Both the position numbers and the translations under genes were made by a program. Shown one piece after another: positions 1 through 8,438 of a stretch of DNA of 64,000 nt. Positions within the stretch are counted from its first letter, which is position 1. Every line of letters starts with the position of its first letter. This stretch comes from Vicinamibacterales bacterium (GTDB lineage Bacteria > Acidobacteriota > Vicinamibacteria > Vicinamibacterales > 2-12-FULL-66-21), in NCBI GenBank assembly GCA_038320555.1, contig JBBQEJ010000005.1, positions 5,357 through 69,356 of the forward strand, read 5' to 3'. The notes beneath the pieces are model-generated. The model was not told where the DNA came from, made no database searches, and saw only the letters and a program-made list of their open reading frames with translations.

Positions 1-28
1 TCTGCTGGCTCCGTTCCTCTGTGGTGAA
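1..28. repeat. H-family hairpin element, right arm only (cut by window edge)
   Basis: gctccgttcctctgtggtgaa (8-28) is nearly identical to the right arms at 18985-19006 and 41419-41440. Confidence 0.55.
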
Positions 29-34
29 TCGTTT

Positions 35-80
35 TTCACCCACCGTCACTCTCTTTACATCCCTGAAACATTCATGTAAC
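35..80 (+). promoter_or_regulatory. Candidate Pho-box-like array upstream of porin-pstSCA
   Basis: Five hexamers in 10-bp phase: TTCACC, GTCACT, TTACAT, GAAACA, TGTAAC. The hexamer vocabulary is shared with arrays at 5041-5079 and 13261-13299. OmpR/PhoB-family sites are phased direct repeats. Confidence 0.35.
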
Positions 81-205
81 TGGGGCGCAATCTCCGGCTT
101 TTAAGCTGTCTCGCGAGTCATGGATATTCGGCGAATCGACAGTTAACACCCATGAAACATCGGCGTGACCCGTTCGAAACCCGCCAGGCCTATTCTCGAG
201 GAAGC

Positions 206-1321
206 ATGAATTTGATCCTTCGACTCTCAGCATGGAGACGGGGAGCGCTCGCCCTCGCCGTACTGGCGCTCGCGGTCCCGTGTGCGGCACAGGTGACGCC
301 GGCCGCGGGATACACTCCGCCCGACGACACGCCCGCCATCAAGATCGGCGCGGTCATATTCACCGACTATACGGTCCAGCAGAAGCCGAAAATCAAGGAC
401 GCGGACAACAACGACGTCACGTTGAACTCGTTCACCGTCGGGCGTGCGTACCTCAACATCACCGGCAACATCTCGCACAACATCGCCTTCCGGATCACTC
501 CCGACATCACCCGTGAAGCTGGCACTGGCAGTTCGCTGAATGGCAGCTACACCTTCCGTCTCAAATACGCCTACGCGCAGTTCAATCTCGACGATTACGT
601 GAACCGGGGCCGCACCGGCTCCTGGGTTCGTCTGGGAATGCAGCAGACGCCGTGGGTCGACTTCATGGAATCGGTCTACCGCTATCGCTTCCAGGGCACC
701 ATCTTCGAGGAGCGCGAAGGCTTCCTCTCGTCGTCGGACGTCGGCGCGTCGTTTCATTACAGCCTGCCGGGCAACTACGGCGAGATCCACACAGGCTTCT
801 ACAACGGCGAAACGTACTCGAAGCCGGAAGTCAACGACCAGAAAGGCTTCATGATTCGCGGCACCGTTCGTCCCTTGCGCCTGCATCCGGTGTTGCGCGG
901 GCTGAGGCTCACGGGCTTCTACGACAAGGACGCCTACCTGAAGAACGCCGATCGGACCCGCGGCATCGTCGGGCTGACGTTCGAACATAAATATCTCAAC
1001 GCGTCGTTCGCCTATCTTGCGGCGACCGATCAGACGTCGGCAACGAAAACTGCCGTGGACTCACACGGTTTCTCAGTCTGGGCGATCCCGCGAGCGCCAA
1101 ACGGATGGGAGGGACTGCTTCGGTACGACCAGCTGAAACCCAACACCACCGTCAGCGGCACACGGAAGCGTGTGATCGGCGGGGTCGCGTACTGGTTTCC
1201 GCATCAGGGCACGGTGAATACCGCGCTCCTGTTCGACATCGACGAGGCGACGTTTGATAACTTCGTCGTCCCGCAGCCCACGCAACGGCGGTTTGCGGTC
1301 CACGCGCTGGTAACCTTCTAA
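206..1321 (+). CDS. Outer-membrane beta-barrel porin, probably phosphate-selective (OprO/OprP-like)
   Basis: Part of ORF 152-1321. The ATG at 206 follows GAGGAAG and opens a signal peptide (MNLILRL...ALAVPCAAQ). Alternating beta-strand pattern, C-terminal Phe (LVTF), directly upstream of pstS. Confidence 0.6.
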   Translation: MNLILRLSAWRRGALALAVLALAVPCAAQVTPAAGYTPPDDTPAIKIGAVIFTDYTVQQKPKIKDADNNDVTLNSFTVGRAYLNITGNISHNIAFRITPDITREAGTGSSLNGSYTFRLKYAYAQFNLDDYVNRGRTGSWVRLGMQQTPWVDFMESVYRYRFQGTIFEEREGFLSSSDVGASFHYSLPGNYGEIHTGFYNGETYSKPEVNDQKGFMIRGTVRPLRLHPVLRGLRLTGFYDKDAYLKNADRTRGIVGLTFEHKYLNASFAYLAATDQTSATKTAVDSHGFSVWAIPRAPNGWEGLLRYDQLKPNTTVSGTRKRVIGGVAYWFPHQGTVNTALLFDIDEATFDNFVVPQPTQRRFAVHALVTF

Positions 1322-1323
1322 GC

Positions 1324-1367
1324 CACGGATGAACACGGACGAACACTGATACACGAATATGCACAGA
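1324..1367. repeat. Tandem word array CACGGA/CACGGA/CACTGA/CACGAA/CACAGA (8-10 bp phase)
   Basis: Read directly in the porin-pstS spacer. It runs into the first ATG of the pstS ORF, which argues for a later pstS start. Confidence 0.6.
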
Positions 1368-1379
1368 GGAATGAATTCT

Positions 1380-2414
1380 ATGAAGCTCGCATTCAGACAC
1401 GTGACGATTGCGGTGGCGGTGGCGGTAGCCGCCGCCGGCGCGACGGTGGCGGCGCAGAAGGTGCAGATTACCGGCGCGGGCGCAACGTTTCCATATCCCA
1501 TTTACTCGAAATGGTTCTCTGAGTACAACAAGCTGCACCCGAACGTCGAGATTAACTATCAGTCGATCGGCTCTGGTGGCGGCGTGAAGCAGCTCACCAG
1601 CCGGACAGTATTCTTCGGCGCCAGCGACTACCCGCTGACCCCTGAGCAACTGCTCGCGGCGCCGGGCAAGATTCTCCACTTCCCGACAGTTCTCGGGGCG
1701 GTGGTGCCGATCTACAACGTCCCGGGCGTCTCGGCCGAGCTCAAATTCACCGGCCCTCTCCTGGCGGACATCTTCCTGGGTAACATCACGAAGTGGAACG
1801 ACAGCCGGATTGCGAAGCTGAACGAGGGTGTGACGCTGCCAAACAGCGACATTACCATCGTGCATCGGTCGGACGGGTCCGGGACGACGTATATCTTCGT
1901 GGATTTCCTGTCGAAAGTCTCGCCGGAATGGAAGAAGCGCGTCGGCGTCGCGGGTTCGGTGAACTGGCCGGTCGGTGTAGGCGCCAAGGGCAATGAGGCC
2001 GTGGCCGGCATGGTCAAGCAGACGCCTGGTTCACTCGGGTACACCGAGCCGGCGTACGCCACTGAAAACAAAATCGCGTTCGGAACAGTGCAGAACGCAG
2101 CGGGCAAATTCATCAAGGCGTCTGCTGCTTCGGTCACGGCCGCTGCCGCCGGCGCGGTGAAACACATGCCTGCAGATTTCCGCGTGTCGATCACGAATCC
2201 GCCCGGCGACGACTCCTATCCCGTCGCCTCGTTTACGTGGCTGCTCATGTACCAGAGTCCGCAGGACAAGGCGCTCGCAAAAACCATGGTGGATTTCACG
2301 AAGTGGGCCTTGAGTGACGGCCAGAAGTACGCCGCCGACCTTGGCTACGCGCCGCTGCCCCAAGCCGTTGTCGACCTCGAGCTGAAGTCCCTGGCCACGA
2401 TTAAAACGCAGTAA
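1380..2414 (+). CDS. pstS: Phosphate ABC transporter substrate-binding protein PstS
   Basis: GAGATFPYPIYSKWFSEYNK and SDGSGTTYIF motifs plus a signal peptide MKLAFRHVTIAVAVAVAAAG. The ORF opens at 1359; the ATG at 1380 has a GAGGA 9 nt upstream. Confidence 0.9.
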   Translation: MKLAFRHVTIAVAVAVAAAGATVAAQKVQITGAGATFPYPIYSKWFSEYNKLHPNVEINYQSIGSGGGVKQLTSRTVFFGASDYPLTPEQLLAAPGKILHFPTVLGAVVPIYNVPGVSAELKFTGPLLADIFLGNITKWNDSRIAKLNEGVTLPNSDITIVHRSDGSGTTYIFVDFLSKVSPEWKKRVGVAGSVNWPVGVGAKGNEAVAGMVKQTPGSLGYTEPAYATENKIAFGTVQNAAGKFIKASAASVTAAAAGAVKHMPADFRVSITNPPGDDSYPVASFTWLLMYQSPQDKALAKTMVDFTKWALSDGQKYAADLGYAPLPQAVVDLELKSLATIKTQ

Positions 2415-2429
2415 GAGCCAAACCTGTCA

Positions 2430-3383
2430 ATGCGCCGCCCCATCGTCGCCCGTCCCGACGAAATATTCTTTCGCGCCGGGACTGGTGCGTTCGCGCTGCT
2501 GCTGATTGTGATCGTCGGCGGCATCGCGTTCGAGCTCGGGCGGCAGTCTTCCCTGTCGATTCACAAATTCGGCTGGCAGTTCTGGCAGACCGACATCTGG
2601 GATCCGGTCGCAGCGGAGTTCGGCGCGCGTCCATTCATCTGGGGCACGCTGTACTCCTCGATCCTCGCGCTGATCATTTCCACCCCCATCGCACTCGGGA
2701 TTGCCATCTTCACCTCTGAGCTCGCGCCGCAGTGGCTGCGCCGGCCGCTCGTGTTCCTGACGGAGCTCCTCGCCGCCATTCCCTCGATTGTCTACGGCCT
2801 CTGGGGCGTCTTCGTGCTCGTACCGCTCGTCCGGCAGTTCGAACTGAACACGCCGGACTGGCTGAAGAGTGTGCCACTGTTCACCGGGCCCCCGCTGGGC
2901 GTCGGCATGCTCTCGGCGGCCATCATCCTGTCGATCATGGTGATCCCCTTCACGTCGTCCGTGGCGCGGGAGGTGTTGAAAGTGGTTCCGCAGGCTCAGC
3001 GTGAAGGCGCGTACGCGCTCGGCGCCACGCGGTGGGAAGCGATTCGGATGGCGCTGTTCTACGCGCGCACGGGCGTCATCGGCGCCATCATGCTCGGGTT
3101 CGGCCGCGCGCTGGGCGAGACCATGGCGGTAACGATGGTGATCGGCAATAACGCGCAGATCACGACGTCGCTCTATGCGCCGCAGTACACGATGGCGGCG
3201 GTCATCGCGAACGAGTTCGCCGAGGCGGCCGACGACATCCATCTGAGCGCGCTCGTCGAGATCGGCCTGGTCCTCTTCGTGATGACGCTCATCATCAACT
3301 CGCTGTCGCGGATGCTGATCTGGTCGATGGCCCGGCAGCGGCGCCCCAGGCCCCTGCATCTCGCGATGAGAAAGGCCGCCTGA
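2430..3383 (+). CDS. pstC: Phosphate ABC transporter permease PstC
   Basis: Polytopic permease with an EAA-like loop (REGAYALGATRWEAI), following pstS. Confidence 0.9.
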   Translation: MRRPIVARPDEIFFRAGTGAFALLLIVIVGGIAFELGRQSSLSIHKFGWQFWQTDIWDPVAAEFGARPFIWGTLYSSILALIISTPIALGIAIFTSELAPQWLRRPLVFLTELLAAIPSIVYGLWGVFVLVPLVRQFELNTPDWLKSVPLFTGPPLGVGMLSAAIILSIMVIPFTSSVAREVLKVVPQAQREGAYALGATRWEAIRMALFYARTGVIGAIMLGFGRALGETMAVTMVIGNNAQITTSLYAPQYTMAAVIANEFAEAADDIHLSALVEIGLVLFVMTLIINSLSRMLIWSMARQRRPRPLHLAMRKAA

Positions 3384-4231
3384 TGCGCGATCTCTGGCGG
3401 CGCGGTCTTTCCTGCGCCGTGTTGATCTTCTGCGGCGCCGCCGTCGTGCTGGCACTCGTCCCGCTCGCCTTCATTCTCTTTTACGTCGTGACCCAGGGCA
3501 TCACGGCGCTCAACCTCGACTTCTTCCGCCATATGCCAGCGCCGGTCGGGGAATCGGGCGGCGGCATGGCAAACGCGATCATCGGTTCCCTCATCGTTAC
3601 AGGGCTCGGCTCGCTGTTTGCCATTCCGGTCGGCGTGTTGAGCGGCCTCTACGCCGCCGAATACCGCGGTACGCGGTTCGCCTCGGCGACGCGCTTCGCT
3701 GCCGACACCTTGAACGGGGTGCCATCCATTGTCATCGGCGTGTTCGCGTACGGAGTGGCCGTGCTGCCGTTCAAGCACTTCTCCGCGCTCGCGGGCGGTC
3801 TCGCGCTCGGCATCATGATGATCCCGCTCATCATGCGGACGACGGAGGAGCTGCTGCTGCTCGTGCCGTCAACATTGCGGGAAGGCGCGCTCGCGCTCGG
3901 GGCTACGCGCGCCCGCGCCGTCTTCACGGTTGTCCTGCCAGCGGCGCTCCCTGGGATCATTACCGGGATTCTGCTCGCGCTCGCGCGCATCGCGGGGGAA
4001 ACGGCGCCGCTCCTCTTCACGTCGCTCAACAACCGCTTCTGGTCGACCGACGTCACGCAACCGATCTCCACGCTGACGGTTCAGGTCTTCGCGTATGCCA
4101 TCGCCCCGTACGAGGATTGGCATCGCCAGGCGTGGGCCGGCGCGCTTGTGCTCGTCACGATCGTGCTGCTCTGTTCGCTGCTGGCGCGGATTGCCACGGC
4201 GCGCATGGAGAAGATGCAGCGCGGCGCGTGA
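3383..4231 (+). CDS. pstA: Phosphate ABC transporter permease PstA
   Basis: Its start overlaps the pstC stop (ATGA). Motif REGALALGATRARAVFTVVLP, polytopic. Confidence 0.9.
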   Translation: MRDLWRRGLSCAVLIFCGAAVVLALVPLAFILFYVVTQGITALNLDFFRHMPAPVGESGGGMANAIIGSLIVTGLGSLFAIPVGVLSGLYAAEYRGTRFASATRFAADTLNGVPSIVIGVFAYGVAVLPFKHFSALAGGLALGIMMIPLIMRTTEELLLLVPSTLREGALALGATRARAVFTVVLPAALPGIITGILLALARIAGETAPLLFTSLNNRFWSTDVTQPISTLTVQVFAYAIAPYEDWHRQAWAGALVLVTIVLLCSLLARIATARMEKMQRGA

Positions 4232-4235
4232 GAAC

Positions 4236-4264
4236 GAATCCCTCTAGTACTTAGAGAGTGATTC
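4236..4264. terminator. Low-GC hairpin between convergent pstA and the response regulator
   Basis: GAATC-CCTCTA-gtact-TAGAG-agt-GATTC. No clear U-tract. Confidence 0.35.
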
Positions 4265-4267
4265 GCT

Positions 4268-5014
4268 CTACTCCACAAAGCGGTAGCCGAGTCCGACCAC
4301 GGTCTCGATCTGGTGCGCGGCGACGCCAAGCTTTGCGCGGAGGCGGCCGACGTGCACGTCAACCGAACGCGTCTCGATGAACCGTTCGTATCCCCATACG
4401 CGCTCGAGTAGCCGATCACGCGACAACACGCGATTGCGGTTGTCGACCAGAAAGCGCAGCAGCTCGAATTCCCTCCGCGTCAGCCGGATGGGCTGTCCGT
4501 CCACCGCGACCGCGACCGCGTCGAAATCGGCTTTCAGATGCTTCCCCTGATACAGGGCCGGGGCCGGGGCGTGCGCATGCCGCCGCAGCAGGGCACGTAC
4601 CCGCGCGGATAGCTCGCGGAGGCTGAAGGGCTTGGTGACGTAGTCGTCGGCGCCCATGTCGAGTCCTGCGACGCGATCCGACTCCGACGTGCGCGCCGTG
4701 AGCATGATGATCGGCACACCGGCGGTCTGGGGCCTCGCGCGCAGGATCCGGCATACCTCTCCACCGCTCAGCACGGGCAGGTTCAAATCCAGGATGATCA
4801 GATCGGGAGGGGCTTCGGTTGCGGCCCGAATCGCGGCGTCGCCGCTCGCGACCAGTTCCACCTGCGCGTCGCCGCTGCGTTCGAGCGTGTGCTTGACGAG
4901 CGTGGCGATGTCGTGCTCGTCCTCCACGACAAGTACGCGTGGCGCCCGACCGATTCCTGATCGATGCGTTCGCGCGGTCCCGACGGCATCTGCGTCATTC
5001 GGAATGAAGGCCAC
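4268..5014 (-). CDS. OmpR/PhoB-family response regulator (receiver + winged helix), no adjacent kinase
   Basis: VLVVEDEHDIA...LIILDLNLPVLSG...GADDYVTKPFSLRELSARV...VGLGYRFVE. The ORF extends to 5158, but the GTG at 5014 is preferred because a promoter-like array lies at 5026-5079. Confidence 0.85.
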   Translation of the reverse strand: MAFIPNDADAVGTARTHRSGIGRAPRVLVVEDEHDIATLVKHTLERSGDAQVELVASGDAAIRAATEAPPDLIILDLNLPVLSGGEVCRILRARPQTAGVPIIMLTARTSESDRVAGLDMGADDYVTKPFSLRELSARVRALLRRHAHAPAPALYQGKHLKADFDAVAVAVDGQPIRLTRREFELLRFLVDNRNRVLSRDRLLERVWGYERFIETRSVDVHVGRLRAKLGVAAHQIETVVGLGYRFVE

Positions 5015-5040
5015 GACTCCGGACGAGCGTAGCAGCCGTC

Positions 5041-5079
5041 GATTTCCATGGTGTGACGCGGGCGTTAACTCTGGGTTAC
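5041..5079 (-). promoter_or_regulatory. Candidate Pho-box-like array upstream of the PhoB-like regulator
   Basis: On the minus strand: GTAACC-N5-TTAACG-N5-GTCACA-N5-GAAATC (11-bp phase). This is followed by N9, TACGCT (5026-5031), then 11 nt to the GTG at 5014. Confidence 0.35.
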
Positions 5080-5170
5080 GAGTAGACGCTAGCCCGAACG
5101 ACAGCTGCCTCAAGACCCAACAAGAGAAGGGGAGCAACCTGCCGGAAAGAAGTCCCAATTTCTTCTACAA

Positions 5171-5338
5171 GAGGCCAGGAGACAGGAGAGTCTGACGAAC
5201 GTTTGGAGATTCACAACGAAGGAACGGAGACAACGACAACGAACGAAGCGGGTCACGTTCTCCCTGCCGCGCGAGCGGGGCGCGACCGGCGCAGGATTCT
5301 TCCTTCGCTCGTCTCCGTTCTCTTCGTCTCCGTTTGCC
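5171..5338. repeat. Purine-rich arm / GC-rich core / pyrimidine-rich arm word-repeat block
   Basis: Left: caggagacaggagag ... acaacgaaggaacggagacaacgacaacgaacgaagcgg. Right: ttcttccttcgctcgtctccgttctcttcgtctccgtttgcc. The arms are imperfect complements. Confidence 0.7.
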
Positions 5339-5366
5339 TTTTAAACCTGGCACGTGGACACTAAAC

Positions 5367-5489
5367 GATGCCCGCGAGTTCCTGACGAGTGCCGGCATCG
5401 ACGTTGACGCCGTGGCCCCGCACGTGGACGGCAAATTCGCGAGCGCATTCGTCCGCGCGCGGAAAGGGCACAGGTCTGAGAACCTGTGA
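5367..5489 (+). pseudogene. 3' remnant of an upstream gene, possibly a SAM-methyltransferase (ArsM-like) C-terminus
   Basis: Translates to DAREFLTSAGIDVDAVAPHVDGKFASAFVRARKGHRSENL*. Its stop overlaps the arsC GTG as GTGA (5486-5489). No start codon gives a full-length gene, and the upstream sequence is the repeat block. Confidence 0.3.
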
Positions 5490-5880
5490 CGACCGTGCTT
5501 TTCGCGTGTGTGCACAATGTCGGCCGCTCGCAGATGGCGGCTGCCCTCTTCAACAAGCTGGCCGATCCGTCGAAGGCCCTGGCGATCTCGGCCGGCGCGC
5601 AGCCGGGCGAGCGGGTTCATCCCGAGGTGGTGGAGGCCATGCGGGAGGCCGGCATTGATCTGGCCGGGTCGTGCCGCAGAAACTGACTGAGGATCTTGCG
5701 CGGCAGGCGCAGGTGCTCGTGACGATGGGGTTCAGGGATGCGTGCCCGTTCGTGCCCGGCGCGCGCGTGGAGGACTGGCCGCTCCTCGGATCCGAAGGGA
5801 CAACCGCTCGGGATCGTTCGTCAGATACGCGACGACATACGGGCCAAAGTCGAGGACCTGATCGCGCGGGAGTGGTTGAA
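5486..5880 (+). pseudogene. arsC: LMW-PTP-type arsenate reductase ArsC, disrupted by two frameshifts
   Basis: Frame 2: VLFACVHNVGRSQMAAALFNKLA...MREAGIDLAG. Frame 1: VPQKLTEDLARQAQVLVTMG.RDACPFVPGARVEDWPL. Frame 2 again: DPKGQPLGIVRQIRDDIRAKVEDLIAREW. Shifts lie near 5663-5670 and 5782-5789, and there is no stop in the final frame before the repeat element. Confidence 0.75.
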
Positions 5881-6109
5881 TCACTCTAATCACTCGAGTC
5901 TCTCGCGAGATTGCGGAGTATGTCGCGCGGAGGACGCTGAGCACGCGGAGAAGCGCGGGGGCGACCGGGTCGCCAGCCCCATCGTCGCCCGCGCTGGCGA
6001 CCCGGCCGCTTCCGCGCCCCTTTGCGTCCTCGGCGCGCTCTGCGCGACACACTCCGCGATCTCAGCGCGAGAGCCGGGCCACCGGGTTGTGAAACCAGTT
6101 CTAGTGATT
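5878..6109. mobile_element. MITE-like palindromic repeat, copy A (core 5899-6073)
   Basis: The reverse complement matches copy B (43147-43320). The roughly 50 bp at each end match above 90 percent by eye and the centre is more diverged. Internal imperfect inverted repeats: tctctcgcgagattgcggagtatgtcgcgcggaggacgc versus gcgtcctcggcgcgctctgcgcgacacactccgcgatctcagcgcgagag. No transposase. Confidence 0.75.
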
Positions 6110-6111
6110 CT

Positions 6112-6492
6112 TCAAGGTGCCGGTGCCGTCACCCTCCATCCGCCCGCTTCCAGTTCCGATACGAGCCGCTCAACCGCGCCGAGCGCGCGCTCGACGCGAT
6201 GCCAGTCGGTGTAGCGCACGCGGCTCACCACCGCCTGGTCCACTTCGACGCGAAGTTCCCATCCTCCAAGTGGTGCTTCACCCAGAATGAAACGGCGGCG
6301 GTGTCCCTCGTGGCTGAGCTCAGTCGTGTACATGATGGCGTTCCGTGCAGCGATGAAAAAGCGCTCCCCAATCTTGTACTTCAAGCGGTGGCCCCTCCGT
6401 GTAAACACCGTGTAAATTGCTGGCGCGGAGGCGGAAGCAATGCGAAAGCAAAAGGGCTGCCCTGACACCCCACGACTACGGTCCCCTCGCAT
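6112..6492 (-). CDS. Hypothetical protein (about 126 aa)
   Basis: Taken from the ATG at 6492 of ORF 6112-6816; the longer version would overlap the glgC start. Third-position GC is lower than in neighbouring genes. I recognise no motif. Confidence 0.4.
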   Translation of the reverse strand: MRGDRSRGVSGQPFCFRIASASAPAIYTVFTRRGHRLKYKIGERFFIAARNAIMYTTELSHEGHRRRFILGEAPLGGWELRVEVDQAVVSRVRYTDWHRVERALGAVERLVSELEAGGWRVTAPAP

Positions 6493-6589
6493 ATATCGTT
6501 CCCGCTTTGCGCTCACATCGCCAAGTGTTTCAACGCAGTCGTTTACGGCTATCAATGCCACGTTCGGCATCCGCGAATAAGATGAAGGC

Positions 6590-7846
6590 ATGAATGATGT
6601 GCTCGCACTCATCCTTGGGGGCGGACGAGGCACGCGGCTCTTTCCCCTCACGCGCATGCGGTCGAAACCGGCAGTGCCGCTTGGCGGCAAGTATCGCCTC
6701 ATCGACATTCCCATCAGCAACTGCCTCCATGCGGGCCTGAAGCGCATCTTCGTCCTCACGCAGTTCAACTCCGCGTCGCTCAACCGGCACATCGCGCAGA
6801 CGTACCGGCTCGACATGTTCTCGGACGGTTTCGTCGAAGTGCTCGCCGCGGAACAGACGCCGGAGAGTCTGGACTGGTTCCAGGGAACCGCCGACGCGGT
6901 CAGGCAGGCGGCGCGCCACTTCGCCGGGTACGACGCCGAGCACTATCTCATCCTGGCAGGCGACCATCTGTATCGCATGGATTTCTGCGAAATGATCGAC
7001 GCGCACATCGAAAGCGGGGCCGACATCACCATTGCGGCACAGCCCGTCAGTCCAGACGATGCGACCGAGATGGGGATTTTTCTGTTCGACGAGCGCGGGC
7101 AGATTGGCGGGTTCGAGGAGAAGCCGGCTCCGGCGCGGCTGGCCGAGATGGGCACCAGTATTCCGCGCGGCTCGGCTGCGGGAGGCGTGACGCCGGAAAA
7201 ACCGTTCGTCGCGTCCATGGGGATTTACGTCTTCTCGCGCGACATGCTGCTCGAAATCCTCCAGGAACCGGGCATCGACTTCGGCAAGGAGATCATCCCG
7301 AAGGCGCTCGGCCGCTACCAGGTCAATCCGTACATCTTCCGCGGGTACTGGGCGGACGTCGGCACGATCGACGCGTTCTATCATGCCAATATCCAGCTCA
7401 CGCACCGCGGCGCGCCGTTCGACTTCTTCCATCCGCGGCGGCCGATCTACACGCACCCGCGGTTTCTGCCGGGGACACGCGCGTACTCCTGCCACGTCGA
7501 TACATCAATCGTGGCGGAGGGGTGTTATCTGGATCAATGCGAGATCACTGATTCCATCGTGGGCATCCGGACGCACGTCGAGAACGGCGCCCGCATCACC
7601 CGATCGATTCTTCTTGGGGCGGATTATTACGAAGAGGAAGGGGCAGCCGGCGCCATTCCGCTCGGCATCGGCCGAAATGTCGTCCTGGACCGGGTCATCG
7701 TCGATAAGAACGCCCGCATCGCTGACGGAGTGCGGCTCGTCAACGATGCGAGCCTCGATCACGCGGACGGCGAGGGCTATTGCATCCGCAACGGAATCAT
7801 CATCGTGCCCAAGGGAGCCGAGGTGAAGGCGGGCGTCACGGTGTAG
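6590..7846 (+). CDS. glgC: Glucose-1-phosphate adenylyltransferase
   Basis: LILGGGRGTRLFPLTRMRSKPAVPLGGKYRLIDIPISNC with a C-terminal left-handed beta-helix region. Confidence 0.9.
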   Translation: MNDVLALILGGGRGTRLFPLTRMRSKPAVPLGGKYRLIDIPISNCLHAGLKRIFVLTQFNSASLNRHIAQTYRLDMFSDGFVEVLAAEQTPESLDWFQGTADAVRQAARHFAGYDAEHYLILAGDHLYRMDFCEMIDAHIESGADITIAAQPVSPDDATEMGIFLFDERGQIGGFEEKPAPARLAEMGTSIPRGSAAGGVTPEKPFVASMGIYVFSRDMLLEILQEPGIDFGKEIIPKALGRYQVNPYIFRGYWADVGTIDAFYHANIQLTHRGAPFDFFHPRRPIYTHPRFLPGTRAYSCHVDTSIVAEGCYLDQCEITDSIVGIRTHVENGARITRSILLGADYYEEEGAAGAIPLGIGRNVVLDRVIVDKNARIADGVRLVNDASLDHADGEGYCIRNGIIIVPKGAEVKAGVTV

Positions 7847-7850
7847 GTCC

Positions 7851-7886
7851 AATCACTGAAGTGGTTGGTGATTTTAGTGATTTCAG
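7851..7886. repeat. AATCACT / GGTGATT / AGTGATT word repeat with a 7-bp inverted pair
   Basis: aatcact (7851-7857) pairs with agtgatt (7876-7882). It fills the gap between convergent genes. Confidence 0.6.
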
Positions 7887-7889
7887 ACG

Positions 7890-8438
7890 TCACCCGGCGA
7901 GCTCCGCCTTCACCTTGCGTCCGGCAGCCTGCGCGGCGACGGTGTCGTAGTGATGCGTGCCGGTACTGTGATGTCCGATCCGTTCGTACAACGCGATCAG
8001 ACTGGCCTCGTCGCGGACGTCTGGGGATTCGGCCACTTCGAGAGCGTGCCGCAACTCGTGTCCGACGAGCGCGATGCTGTCGTTGGATCCGGCATGTCCA
8101 CCCACCTGGATGCGCAGGTACCGATGGCCTTCGGGACCGGCCGCCAGCAGGAGCCGTCCGGCAATCGAGGCGGGCATCAGCCGTCCGCTTTCGATGTAGA
8201 CGATCACGTCGCTCTTATCGAGCGCGAGCATTAGATGTGCAAACGTCCCTGAGCGCCTCATCCCCTCGGCAAGGATTGCCGCCATAGTTGCGTCCACGGC
8301 ACGTACGTGCCGCGTCGGGTCGCTCATGAACGCTTTCACCTGCGCAGCAGTCAGCGGCGCAATCGCGCTCGCCGGCGCCGCGTCGCGCGCGACGCCGATC
8401 GCCATCGCACAGACGAGAACAACAGGCAGAACTCTCAT
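7890..8438 (-). CDS. Secreted hypothetical protein with an HExxH motif (possible metalloprotease-like)
   Basis: Signal peptide MRVLPVVLVCAMAIGVA and motif VGHELRHALE. Start taken at the internal ATG 8438. Confidence 0.5.
   Translation of the reverse strand: MRVLPVVLVCAMAIGVARDAAPASAIAPLTAAQVKAFMSDPTRHVRAVDATMAAILAEGMRRSGTFAHLMLALDKSDVIVYIESGRLMPASIAGRLLLAAGPEGHRYLRIQVGGHAGSNDSIALVGHELRHALEVAESPDVRDEASLIALYERIGHHSTGTHHYDTVAAQAAGRKVKAELAG

Noticed and set aside
5738-6214. 158-aa ORF on the plus strand
   Set aside because: Only its first 45 codons or so carry ArsC homology (the third segment of the pseudogene). The rest is read-through across the MITE-like repeat.
6493-6816. Upstream part of minus-strand ORF 6112-6816
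   Set aside because: It would overlap the glgC start and promoter region. The ORF was trimmed to the ATG at 6492, and even that shorter gene is low confidence.
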